64,000 bases of DNA from a virus. The number at the start of each line of letters is the position of its first letter. The stretch's first letter is position 1. Below, in pieces: positions 9,227 through 17,675 of the stretch. Location: the IMG/VR virus record IMGVR_UViG_3300024265_000031; one strand, written 5' to 3'. The notes below the pieces were generated by a model. That model searched no databases, was not told the origin of the DNA, and saw nothing but the letters and a program-made list of their open reading frames with translations. The position numbers were made by a program, and so were the translations under genes.

Positions 9227-10606
9227 TTATAACACATCTGTTATGTACTTGTCAAGCCAAACTTGACCTTCTTCTAAATTATTGAACACACCATCTAACT
9301 GAGCCTCAAACGCATCTCTTAAAATATCTCCAAACTTTGGAGATGGATTCATTCCTCTTTCAATTAAATGCCTACCTAATAAAATCTCTTTTGGTGCTTG
9401 AGATTCTACTTGTAAATCTTTTGCTATTTCACGAATTTGAATTGCTTCTTTAGGCAATCCTCCCTTTAATGGTGGTCTTCCATCATGATCTGCTTCCATA
9501 ATCATAAGCAATTCTGTTATGGTACATGGGTGCAATCTTCTGGCTAATCTTCTAACTGCGCGCTTAGATGGATTCCTGTTATGTACATGTGCCATGTGTT
9601 CACGTACAAGAGGAATGATTCTCTCAATTAGATATGTTTCTTTCATACCAATTGAGTCAAGAAATTGGCGCGCTGGTTCTTCTCCCATTATATCATGCGC
9701 ATGGGAGATTATTTTGCCATCCTTCACCTCTGTTGTAGCTGGTTTCCCCACATCATGCAATAATGCAGCGTACAGAACATTTAATTTGTCTGTTATCACT
9801 CTGGCAGCATCTATTGTATGCAATGTATGATCCCATGCATTCCCTTCTGGATGATGTGCTGGTTCTTGTGGTGTGCTTCTGAGCGCATCCAAGACAGGAA
9901 ATTTAGATATCCAACCTGTTTGGACAAGAACATCAAGTCCAAGCGAAATATACTTTCCCTTCTGCAACATCTTATTAAATTCAATAAGAATTCTTTCTTT
10001 GGCCAACGAATCAAATTCTGTTATCATAAATTTACTAAGATTAATTGTCTCTGTAGCCACAACAAAACTAAATCTCGCGGCAAATTGCATTATACGCAAG
10101 ACCCTTAATGGATCCTCCATAAATGCTTTGCTTGTATGTCTTATTATCTTGTTATGTATGTCTTCAATTCCACCATAGAAGTCAATAACTTCTTGCAAGA
10201 ATGGATCATAAAACATGCTATTACAAGTGATATCGCGTCTAGACGCGGCTTCTTTCAGTGTTATTGTAGGATCAATTTCTACAATAAAACCTTTATGTCC
10301 TTGCCCTTCCTTATTCTCTGTTCTTGGAAGAGAGAAATCTAATTCATCTCCTCCCTCTTTTCTCATATCAACTTTAAATATTCCAAATGCCATACCTACT
10401 GCATCAACATTTGAGGTATGTTTGCGAAGAACAAACTCTAATTTCTTTGCTGTTATATTGAAACACTCAACGTCTACATCTTTAGAATTGATTCCCATTA
10501 TTAAATCCCTAACCCATCCTCCAATGATATAAGGTTTTCCGCCTGCTTTTTTTATGTCTTTAAGGATTGTAAGAGTTTTGGGATTAATTTTTGACGGTAT
10601 TCTCAT
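9227..10606 (-). CDS. cca: CCA tRNA nucleotidyltransferase with HD phosphohydrolase domain (class II)
   Basis: GGWVRD, DVDVE, RRDIT.N, EDPLRVLR, ERI..E and H..H...LLHDVGKP motifs; start refined to MRIPSK. Confidence 0.93.
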   Translation of the reverse strand: MRIPSKINPKTLTILKDIKKAGGKPYIIGGWVRDLIMGINSKDVDVECFNITAKKLEFVLRKHTSNVDAVGMAFGIFKVDMRKEGGDELDFSLPRTENKEGQGHKGFIVEIDPTITLKEAASRRDITCNSMFYDPFLQEVIDFYGGIEDIHNKIIRHTSKAFMEDPLRVLRIMQFAARFSFVVATETINLSKFMITEFDSLAKERILIEFNKMLQKGKYISLGLDVLVQTGWISKFPVLDALRSTPQEPAHHPEGNAWDHTLHTIDAARVITDKLNVLYAALLHDVGKPATTEVKDGKIISHAHDIMGEEPARQFLDSIGMKETYLIERIIPLVREHMAHVHNRNPSKRAVRRLARRLHPCTITELLMIMEADHDGRPPLKGGLPKEAIQIREIAKDLQVESQAPKEILLGRHLIERGMNPSPKFGDILRDAFEAQLDGVFNNLEEGQVWLDKYITDVL

Positions 10607-10612
10607 TGTGTA

Positions 10613-10641
10613 ATTATATCCTTTTTCAATGTGTTTGTCAA
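10613..10641 (-). promoter_or_regulatory. consensus promoter for cca, probably leaderless
   Basis: TTGACA-17bp-TATAAT, with the ATG 6 nt downstream. Confidence 0.85.
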
Positions 10642-10696
10642 GCTCCCATAAGCAGTAGCGAACTGCAATCATCCTCTGTTATGGGATTTAGGATTG

Positions 10697-10768
10697 CTAT
10701 CCTAAAAAGGCAACAACCAATACAACTATTACTAAAAGAGCTATTCCAAAAGCAACTCCTGCAGCCAT
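10697..10768 (-). CDS. 23-aa single-pass membrane microprotein
   Basis: MAAGVAFGIALLVIVVLVVAFLG with AAAGGAG RBS. Confidence 0.6.
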   Translation of the reverse strand: MAAGVAFGIALLVIVVLVVAFLG

Positions 10769-10795
10769 AATTATCTCCTTTCTTTTAAAAAATAT

Positions 10796-10867
10796 CTAAA
10801 GGCCCAATATCAACGCCACAATACAAATCACTAGTAATATTCCCAATCCCATTACGACTGTTCCCAT
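10796..10867 (-). CDS. 23-aa single-pass membrane microprotein
   Basis: MGTVVMGLGILLVICIVALILGL with AAAGGAG RBS. Confidence 0.6.
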   Translation of the reverse strand: MGTVVMGLGILLVICIVALILGL

Positions 10868-10903
10868 TTTGTTCTCCTTTTATTCTTGGATGAAATTATG
10901 ATT

Positions 10904-11284
10904 TTATCTGGCAAAACCAGATTCAATTTCAACTTTATAGTATTCTTCTGCAGTATTCATGATTTCCTTGTAGCCTGGATCACTATCCCAATTTATACCA
11001 CAATATGGGCATATCAAATCTGTTTTTCCAACGTGTCCTTTTATTTTGTTTATCAGTCTTTCAAATAATTTTCCTGTTGGCACAAATTTTAGTTTTCCGT
11101 AACATAAAGGACAATTTTCACATCCCTCCATATCTAAGTCAATAATGAAATGACATTCTGGTGGATTGATTACATCTTGCACTAAACCACCTTTAACAAA
11201 AATGTATGTAGGTTCTTTTTCGTTATATGATGGTTCTTCATGGTTTAAAAGTTCGTCTTGAATTTTTTCTTCATGTTCGTTCAT
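10904..11284 (-). CDS. hypothetical zinc-ribbon protein
   Basis: CPLC...CPYC; AAGGAG RBS. Confidence 0.65.
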   Translation of the reverse strand: MNEHEEKIQDELLNHEEPSYNEKEPTYIFVKGGLVQDVINPPECHFIIDLDMEGCENCPLCYGKLKFVPTGKLFERLINKIKGHVGKTDLICPYCGINWDSDPGYKEIMNTAEEYYKVEIESGFAR

Positions 11285-11327
11285 GTTATTTCTCCTTTTT
11301 GTATCTAATGAAATATGCTTTTATCTG

Positions 11328-11627
11328 TTACATACTCTTATACAATCGTGGGTTGTCGCGCTTGTCTTTAGGTAGAAATGAACAAGCAAAACATGTTCCG
11401 TCTAGGCAAACACATTCCTCTGTATCTCCTATATATATAAGAATTTGTTCAATTCTATCAAGATTGTCAATCTCTTCCTGAATTTTGTTCTCCCATTCCA
11501 TTAGATGTCCTTCAATATATTCAAATGGTTTATGAACATACTTATTGCCAGTTAAATTTTCCCAATCTTGTAGAGAAAGATTTGATTTTAAGGATTCAAG
11601 TGCATATTCAACTAATTTCTTGTTCAT
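11328..11627 (-). CDS. hypothetical protein
   Basis: AAGGAG RBS; C-terminal CxC..CxxC. Confidence 0.65.
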   Translation of the reverse strand: MNKKLVEYALESLKSNLSLQDWENLTGNKYVHKPFEYIEGHLMEWENKIQEEIDNLDRIEQILIYIGDTEECVCLDGTCFACSFLPKDKRDNPRLYKSM

Positions 11628-11628
11628 G

Positions 11629-11910
11629 TTATTTCTCCTTTATTTTAGCTTCACCAATAGCTGCTAATGCGGCACTAACCATGCTGTATGCAGATTCTTG
11701 TGCATTGCCACACATTGTATTAAACAATTCGTTGAATGCTTTTACATGGTTGTCTGATCCAAACTCAATAAGATTGATAATCAAACTGATTTTCTCAGAC
11801 AATTCCTTATTGCCAACCACATATAACGCACTTCTAATTTCACAAAGCATAGACAACCCATCATCTATGTCTGCTTTTGCGTTACTAAAATTATCTATGT
11901 ATTCTGTCAT
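11629..11910 (-). CDS. hypothetical protein
   Basis: AAGGAG RBS. Confidence 0.65.
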   Translation of the reverse strand: MTEYIDNFSNAKADIDDGLSMLCEIRSALYVVGNKELSEKISLIINLIEFGSDNHVKAFNELFNTMCGNAQESAYSMVSAALAAIGEAKIKEK

Positions 11911-11929
11911 TGTTTTCTCCTTTTTTTAT

Positions 11930-12124
11930 TTAATTATTTTTGGAAATTAATGTGTCTACCTTGTCTTTTAAAAGTATTATTGCAGATGATAAAGTGTCTA
12001 TAGCATCTATCAAGATAGTGGATTCATAGGGTGATAATTCACAATGTTCTCCAGAGATTACAGAAACCCATAAATCTTTTTTTATTTTTTTCATAATTAA
12101 TTGCATTTCTTTTGTTTTATCCAT
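11930..12124 (-). CDS. hypothetical protein
   Basis: start refined to MDKTK after AGGAG. Confidence 0.6.
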   Translation of the reverse strand: MDKTKEMQLIMKKIKKDLWVSVISGEHCELSPYESTILIDAIDTLSSAIILLKDKVDTLISKNN

Positions 12125-12149
12125 TTTGCTCCTAGATGAAATCACGATT

Positions 12150-12341
12150 TTATGTATGGTTAGTCATACGTATAGTCTTTTTTAGATATTTTGCATCATT
12201 TAGTGCATAGCTTCTATGAATGCGCGGAATATTTGTGGGTATATTATAAGATACTGTGTCTGTTATTCTAACATAGCCCATATAATGTTGTCCTAAGTCT
12301 ATTGTTGTTCTTTTTCTAGTATATGCTTTTATTTCTGACAT
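12150..12341 (-). CDS. hypothetical protein
   Basis: start refined to MSEIK after GAGGA. Confidence 0.55.
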   Translation of the reverse strand: MSEIKAYTRKRTTIDLGQHYMGYVRITDTVSYNIPTNIPRIHRSYALNDAKYLKKTIRMTNHT

Positions 12342-12351
12342 TGTTATTCCT

Positions 12352-12585
12352 CTAAAATGGATTATCTGGATGCTTGTTAGTGTTATATGAATCAATTCGC
12401 TTTTGAGCAAATTCTTGTGTTGAATGAAAACTTGCAGACCTCCATCCAGTCCAAACAGATTCTTTGTTATCTCTGGTGCATAGTTGAGTTACAAAGTTTG
12501 CAATCAAAGCTGAATGTTCTACAATCCTAAATTTCATTGTATCACTTACTCTTTGTGTTTTTATAAGTTTGCCCATAAATCCCAT
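12352..12585 (-). CDS. hypothetical protein
   Basis: 77-aa ORF in the cluster; start uncertain. Confidence 0.5.
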   Translation of the reverse strand: MGFMGKLIKTQRVSDTMKFRIVEHSALIANFVTQLCTRDNKESVWTGWRSASFHSTQEFAQKRIDSYNTNKHPDNPF

Positions 12586-12836
12586 GATTTTCTCCTGTTA
12601 TCCTGTAAAAACAATCTAAACATAATCAATCTGAATAAAGATATTTCAAAAAATCTTTGTCGTCTTTTTTCGCCAGTTTTAGTATCTGAAAATGATCTTG
12701 TGTTATAGAACGTTGGTTTGGAATATGATTTGTATATAACCAAATTAATCTTGGGTAGGTAATGGTACACTCTTTGTTTGCCTGGATATTTGATTGCTCC
12801 AAACGCCCAATCTGATTTGCCTATGTGAACATTCAT
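12561..12836 (-). CDS. hypothetical protein
   Basis: TAATG coupling with upstream ORF. Confidence 0.55.
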   Translation of the reverse strand: MNVHIGKSDWAFGAIKYPGKQRVYHYLPKINLVIYKSYSKPTFYNTRSFSDTKTGEKRRQRFFEISLFRLIMFRLFLQDNRRKSWDLWANL

Positions 12837-13099
12837 TATACAATACTATGCTCGCAGGTGTGTTTGAATGTATACTTGCTTTGTTTTCCTTTAGTCGTAT
12901 ACATATACCCCATGCAGTTTAGCCAAGACATATCAAATCCATCAGGAATCAAATCCTTGATAATTGGCCCACGCAATCTTACGATGTAGTGTACCATGTC
13001 TGATCTTTCTTCGCTGGTCAAATTCTTTATCTTGCGAATGTCGAGTCGTTTTCGTGTTGTTATTCTGTTCAATAGTTTTCGAAAGTCTCTTTTTTTCAT
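12836..13099 (-). CDS. hypothetical basic protein
   Basis: AGGAG RBS. Confidence 0.6.
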   Translation of the reverse strand: MKKRDFRKLLNRITTRKRLDIRKIKNLTSEERSDMVHYIVRLRGPIIKDLIPDGFDMSWLNCMGYMYTTKGKQSKYTFKHTCEHSIV

Positions 13100-13190
13100 T
13101 TTAAACTCCTAGTCTACAACATAACTGTTTTCACCCTTTCAGGATCATTCAGGCCAGACACACATCTGACTAACGCCCCCTGTTATGTTG

Positions 13191-13370
13191 TTATTTGCGA
13201 TTGATGCGCCTGGATTCCTTGCGCTGCTTGCGTTTCTTTTTTGTATCTGCTGCAATCTTGCGCGTATAGCCACGACCACGCAAACCACGCCCACGATTTT
13301 CGCGTTCTTCTGTATTTTTTGCTCTGATTGCTTTTATTCTTGAAACCTTATCTTTGATCGATTCTAACAT
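13191..13370 (-). CDS. 59-aa highly basic Arg/Lys-rich peptide
   Basis: MLESIKDKVSRIKAIRAKNTEERENRGRGLRGRGYTRKIAADTKKKRKQRKESRRINRK; AAGGAG RBS. Confidence 0.6.
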   Translation of the reverse strand: MLESIKDKVSRIKAIRAKNTEERENRGRGLRGRGYTRKIAADTKKKRKQRKESRRINRK

Positions 13371-13516
13371 TTTGTTATCTCCTTATTTGTCCATACATAT
13401 CTCTAAGACGGACTCTACCTGATTGTGCTACATATAGTTTATCGCCATATTTCATCTTTGCCAGTCATGTATCAAGTTTATCTTTATCTCCTTTTAATGC
13501 TTCTAGTATTGTTTTG

Positions 13517-13708
13517 CTATGTGACATATTTTTCAAATTCCTTTTGCAAGAGATATTCTGTTTCAGCATATAAAACTTGCAAAACGCATTGTTCATCATA
13601 TCCATATGTTACCGTGTCTTCAATGAGGTATATTTCTCCATAGAATCCCATGTTGTCTTGTCGTTGGTCGTCTGGTATAATACGTAGATGAAAATCTCCA
13701 ATATTCAT
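13517..13708 (-). CDS. hypothetical protein
   Basis: start refined to MNIGD after AAGGA. Confidence 0.55.
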   Translation of the reverse strand: MNIGDFHLRIIPDDQRQDNMGFYGEIYLIEDTVTYGYDEQCVLQVLYAETEYLLQKEFEKYVT

Positions 13709-13740
13709 TGTGTTATCCTTAAATGAAATGTTCCTTTTAT

Positions 13741-14172
13741 CTAGCCCCAAATAGCCTTGTCATATTCTGGAAGGTCTTGTACAATCATTGTTGCAAGGTC
13801 ACCAGCATATTTATCTAATACCTGATATAGCATATCTTCTGGAACATTTCCTTCTGCGCATTGATAAAGCAAGCACTTTATTGACGACATTGCTTGAATT
13901 CTTTGTGGAGGAACAATGCTTGTATATTGATATTCTGATCCACCAGTAAATTCTTTAATTGTTTTCTGGTTATATCTGGCAATGATGGCTTTTTCATTCA
14001 TTTTTCTTATTGCATTGCCTAAATTTTTACATTCTTCTTTGGTTGAAACTAAAAGCATTGCATTATTATATTTGGGGTCTGGCATTTTGGATGTCCATCC
14101 CCTTTCAGTTGCATATTGAAGTGTTGATACAATTCTGTTGATTGTTATGTCGTCCACGATATAAGCACTCAT
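13741..14172 (-). CDS. conserved hypothetical phage protein
   Basis: MSAYIV...N..AI.ARY...CL.YQC.E pattern; AAGGAG RBS. Confidence 0.75.
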   Translation of the reverse strand: MSAYIVDDITINRIVSTLQYATERGWTSKMPDPKYNNAMLLVSTKEECKNLGNAIRKMNEKAIIARYNQKTIKEFTGGSEYQYTSIVPPQRIQAMSSIKCLLYQCAEGNVPEDMLYQVLDKYAGDLATMIVQDLPEYDKAIWG

Positions 14173-14215
14173 TTTTATCTCCTTGTATTTGTTATAGATG
14201 AAATATATCTTTTAT

Positions 14216-14452
14216 CTACAGATTCTTAGTGACATAGCCAAGATGATAAATACTCTTACCATCTTTATAATCATTGTAGCTTACAATATCTTTATCATTC
14301 AATATCGCAACTAATATTTTTTGGTTTGGATCTTTCCTATCAAATTGGAATCTTTCTGTTTCATATGCACCAGTTTTCTTGTTAATGGTTTTCACTGCTA
14401 CATATGCCACATTACTTTGATGATCTGCTTCAACTTCAATTATGACTGACAT
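14216..14452 (-). CDS. hypothetical protein
   Basis: start refined to MSVII after AAGGAG. Confidence 0.6.
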   Translation of the reverse strand: MSVIIEVEADHQSNVAYVAVKTINKKTGAYETERFQFDRKDPNQKILVAILNDKDIVSYNDYKDGKSIYHLGYVTKNL

Positions 14453-14453
14453 G

Positions 14454-14669
14454 TTAACTCCTTGCACCACTTAAAAAATTAATGATCTTGCCAGTAGTTT
14501 TTTCAACTATAGCAAAGTCATTTAAATTAACGGGCTTTAAATCATACCTGTTATGGAATGATTCTGCCCCGCGTTTACCAATTGATTGCATGTGTTCTGT
14601 TCCATGCTTTTTATATGTGGCTAAATCTCCCATTTTGCCACATTCAACTTTTGTAAGTTTTTGTTTCAT
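14454..14669 (-). CDS. KGG-like (general stress protein-like) small protein
   Basis: ECGKMG..T.KKHG.EHMQSIGKRG resembles the KGG repeat. Confidence 0.5.
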   Translation of the reverse strand: MKQKLTKVECGKMGDLATYKKHGTEHMQSIGKRGAESFHNRYDLKPVNLNDFAIVEKTTGKIINFLSGARS

Positions 14670-14953
14670 TCTTTATTATCCTCACATAGAAATTCTGGTA
14701 TGTCTGATATTTGCATAGGTCGTGGTATTTTATGAATTTTGTATTTTCCATAATTTTTTAGAAGATAATTTTTAACACGGTTTAACCCATTATCTAAATA
14801 GGGAAAACTATCAAGGATACAACTTTTCCCACATTTATAATGAGAGTGACGATACCATCGATTCTTAAATCTAATAATGTATGGTGGTTGTACTACACTT
14901 CCCTGATATCCACTCGCATACCAAACTTTTCCAGTATATTTTTTGTATTTCAT
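14666..14953 (-). CDS. hypothetical basic protein
   Basis: 95-aa ORF directly downstream of tRNA-Cys. Confidence 0.55.
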   Translation of the reverse strand: MKYKKYTGKVWYASGYQGSVVQPPYIIRFKNRWYRHSHYKCGKSCILDSFPYLDNGLNRVKNYLLKNYGKYKIHKIPRPMQISDIPEFLCEDNKE

Positions 14954-14980
14954 TCTATTATCCTAGTATTTTGTTATCAA

Positions 14981-15051
14981 AGATGATGGTGGGAATTGAA
15001 CCCACATAAACTGTTTTGCAGACAGTTACCTTACCAATTGGATACACCATC
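14981..15051 (-). tRNA. tRNA-Cys(GCA), no encoded CCA
   Basis: GATGGTG/CATCATC acceptor stem, ACTGT-CT-GCA-AA-ACAGT anticodon arm, GTGGG-TTCAATT-CCCAC T arm. Confidence 0.88.
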
Positions 15052-15063
15052 TAATGTACCTTA

Positions 15064-15092
15064 ATTATAACATATTGAGACTGTTATGTCAA
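15064..15092 (-). promoter_or_regulatory. consensus promoter immediately upstream of tRNA-Cys
   Basis: TTGACA-17bp-TATAAT with extended -10 TG. Confidence 0.85.
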
Positions 15093-15110
15093 GCTAAAAA
15101 CAACTTTCTG

Positions 15111-15347
15111 TTATTGTCCTAAAATCTCAACACACTCAGGACAATAATGATCTTCGTTCAAATTTTCATCTGTAGCTGCGCAATGAAGACACCAACCATC
15201 TTCAAAATCATACAATAAATGCCAAGCGTCAATAAGTTTTTTTAATTCTTCTCGCTTTTCCCAATTCATCATTCCAGGGTCTTCAAATATCCAATCATTT
15301 ACAAAATTACAAATTTTATGTTCATGTTCATGAATTTTTTTGCTCAT
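15111..15347 (-). CDS. hypothetical zinc-binding protein
   Basis: CLHC...CPEC; AGGAG RBS. Confidence 0.65.
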   Translation of the reverse strand: MSKKIHEHEHKICNFVNDWIFEDPGMMNWEKREELKKLIDAWHLLYDFEDGWCLHCAATDENLNEDHYCPECVEILGQ

Positions 15348-15381
15348 TTTTTCTCCTGTTATATGATTATAGATGAAACAC

Positions 15382-15675
15382 TCATTTTATCTGTGGAACT
15401 GGATTTAAGCATTTGCCAGACAACCATACAACAGATTCATCATGTAAAATAACTTCATAAACGCAACCCATATCATCATTCCAATAAGAAAAATCACCAG
15501 TTAGTCTGCATTCAGTTCTTACATATTCTGCGCTTGTATCGCCTTCAAAATATGCTTGTGTTGTTATTATTGCCTTCGTCCATGCCATTGTATGACTAAA
15601 TTCAATTGCGTTTTTAGATGGGCATACCTTATTCATTGTCATAATAAAACTCCTTAAATGAAATCTGTCTTTCAT
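15382..15675 (-). CDS. hypothetical protein
   Basis: ORF between two junction palindromes; true start probably MTMNK after AAGGAG. Confidence 0.55.
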   Translation of the reverse strand: MKDRFHLRSFIMTMNKVCPSKNAIEFSHTMAWTKAIITTQAYFEGDTSAEYVRTECRLTGDFSYWNDDMGCVYEVILHDESVVWLSGKCLNPVPQIK

Positions 15676-15987
15676 CTATCTTGATAATCCCATACATCCT
15701 ATTGGATTACCATTATCATCGCGCACTAATTCACCTGGAGCATATAAATCAGGTCTGCTACAAGCATTTAATACTAATCGCGACACAATAAAAATCGTAC
15801 CTTCTTCTGGTTCTGGAAGATTTTCCAATTCGCCAAAAGTTGTAGTTACTACAGGAATACCAAATATATCAGGCAATTCTGTTTTTGTTGTTGCTACACG
15901 TGCAATCTGTTTACAATGTGGTACAATTGCCAATATTCCTTTTTTGTCCATGATTGTTATATCGTGAGGGGTTAAATTTTTGATCAT
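15676..15987 (-). CDS. conserved phage protein (NLTPH family), function unknown
   Basis: NLTPH.I...RV...LPEP..GT..IVS..V...R.DL..PG..VRD..G..IGC pattern. Confidence 0.75.
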   Translation of the reverse strand: MIKNLTPHDITIMDKKGILAIVPHCKQIARVATTKTELPDIFGIPVVTTTFGELENLPEPEEGTIFIVSRLVLNACSRPDLYAPGELVRDDNGNPIGCMGLSR

Positions 15988-16247
15988 TATTTTTCTCCTT
16001 GTGTTATATCGAATCCTACTGATTTTCCAAAGTTAATTATCTTTTCAGATAAATGACCAACAACTTCAAATTGTCCTAGCTGACATTCATCAAACATAGC
16101 CCAATTTTCTGACATAAATGTGTTAAAGTCTTTGTACGTATCAGAGTCAATTATTACAGTCTTTCTTGTTGAGTCCCATCTTGCCCATGCTCTGTTATCC
16201 CAAATACCCCACCAAATATCTGTTTGTTCTCTCATTTCAATCTCCAA
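15987..16247 (-). CDS. hypothetical protein
   Basis: 86-aa ORF, coupled to downstream ORF. Confidence 0.55.
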   Translation of the reverse strand: MEIEMREQTDIWWGIWDNRAWARWDSTRKTVIIDSDTYKDFNTFMSENWAMFDECQLGQFEVVGHLSEKIINFGKSVGFDITQGEK

Positions 16248-16264
16248 TAAAATATGTGTTTTAT

Positions 16265-16576
16265 TTATACTAAATCTGTAATTTGTTCTCTGAATGCAGA
16301 CAACAAATCGTTAAAACTTGAATTATCACTGTAATCTATCATTACAGTGTTTTCCAATCGTTCTACTAAAATTGATTTTTGTTCTTTAGTCATTGCCCTG
16401 ATTCGAAAATCCATAGCACATCCAGACAATCGATTCTGTTCAATCAGTTCTTGTAATCTGTTATCTGCAAGAAATTCTTCATGATCTGCTTTAATAATAT
16501 CGTATTTATCTATCAGATTACCATCAATCAGTTTTTTCTGTTCTTGTGTAGGTACTCTCATACTATCTTGTATCAT
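16265..16576 (-). CDS. hypothetical protein
   Basis: GAGGA RBS. Confidence 0.6.
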   Translation of the reverse strand: MIQDSMRVPTQEQKKLIDGNLIDKYDIIKADHEEFLADNRLQELIEQNRLSGCAMDFRIRAMTKEQKSILVERLENTVMIDYSDNSSFNDLLSAFREQITDLV

Positions 16577-16577
16577 G

Positions 16578-16784
16578 TTATCCTCTCAAATCATCTAAAA
16601 AATATTGCATTGCGGAATATTGGTCGTCTGTTAGCAGATTTGAAATGTATTCTGGCACATCATTTTTAACGTCTGCAACTGCTATGATTCTGGTATCTTT
16701 AATAAAGGAAACATTGGTGGGAATTGTTTCCAATATTAAAACTTTGTTATCTTTGAATTGTATACTAATCATTTTGCCTCTCAA
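16578..16784 (-). CDS. hypothetical protein
   Basis: 68-aa ORF in the cluster. Confidence 0.55.
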   Translation of the reverse strand: MRGKMISIQFKDNKVLILETIPTNVSFIKDTRIIAVADVKNDVPEYISNLLTDDQYSAMQYFLDDLRG

Positions 16785-16973
16785 TGAATTGTGGGTTTTA
16801 TGTGTACATTGTCAATTCTGCGCGCAATGTTATAGCTGCATTTTTGGCTCTCATACATTCAGATTCTTTTCGCTGATTCTTTTGTGCCATTCGCATTAAT
16901 TGCTTGCGTCTTTTTTGTTGTAGTTTATGAAATTCTCTTTTATGATTTTTTCTCATTGTTATGATCCTTCCAC

Positions 16974-17183
16974 TTAAACTTTCTTAATTCTTCTATTTCT
17001 TTGTGCATAAGTATTGAGTGTTAATGATAATTCATACTTATCTGTACATACATGCATTGCGGTACAAGCGAAGGCATTATCCCTGCTATAATTCCACTGT
17101 GTTCTCAAATACTTATAATGCTTGTGTGATTTTACTTTGTCTATTGCTTCATCTGCCTTTTCTCTGTTGAATATTGCCGTCAT
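16974..17183 (-). CDS. hypothetical protein
   Basis: start refined to MTAIF after AAGGAGTCTAAA. Confidence 0.6.
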   Translation of the reverse strand: MTAIFNREKADEAIDKVKSHKHYKYLRTQWNYSRDNAFACTAMHVCTDKYELSLTLNTYAQRNRRIKKV

Positions 17184-17210
17184 TTTAGACTCCTTTTTTA
17201 GTATAATATA

Positions 17211-17239
17211 ATTATAGCACATTTGTCCTACAACGTTAA
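17211..17239 (-). promoter_or_regulatory. extended -10 promoter
   Basis: TTAACG-17bp-TATAAT with TG. Confidence 0.6.
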
Positions 17240-17246
17240 GCTAAAA

Positions 17247-17423
17247 CTAAATTCTTGTTATGGATGCTACAGTGTACCATGCTCCATTAAATAAGAATCT
17301 ATCGCCTGTTATCAAATTTGAAATTTTCTTCCAATGAGACATCCAACAATTGCCAACGCGGACTCTTATACTTCCAGGAATTTCTTTAGGGTCAAACTGT
17401 GCACTTACATAAATTTGATACAT
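17247..17423 (-). CDS. hypothetical protein
   Basis: start refined to MYQIY after AAGGAGTCTAAA. Confidence 0.55.
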   Translation of the reverse strand: MYQIYVSAQFDPKEIPGSIRVRVGNCWMSHWKKISNLITGDRFLFNGAWYTVASITRI

Positions 17424-17675
17424 TTTAGACTCCTTGTATGTAATAAAAGATTGCTTTATTTCTTGTTGGATCCAAATATGCGCTGCCATACACACATATT
17501 TTTATATTCTAATCTATACCATCTAACAGATGGTAGTATTTTGAAGGTAAATTTTCCTAGGCGATATAGAGTAATTTCTTTGCCTGCTTCGTCTGGTTGT
17601 TTCGTTTTAATTATTTTACGTTTCAACATAATTTGCTCCTCGTTTTGAGATAAAATATTGGTTTTATTGTGGATC

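Noticed and set aside
15676-15987. Anti-CRISPR ring nuclease (AcrIII-1)
   Set aside because: Similar size only; I could not match the family motifs by eye.
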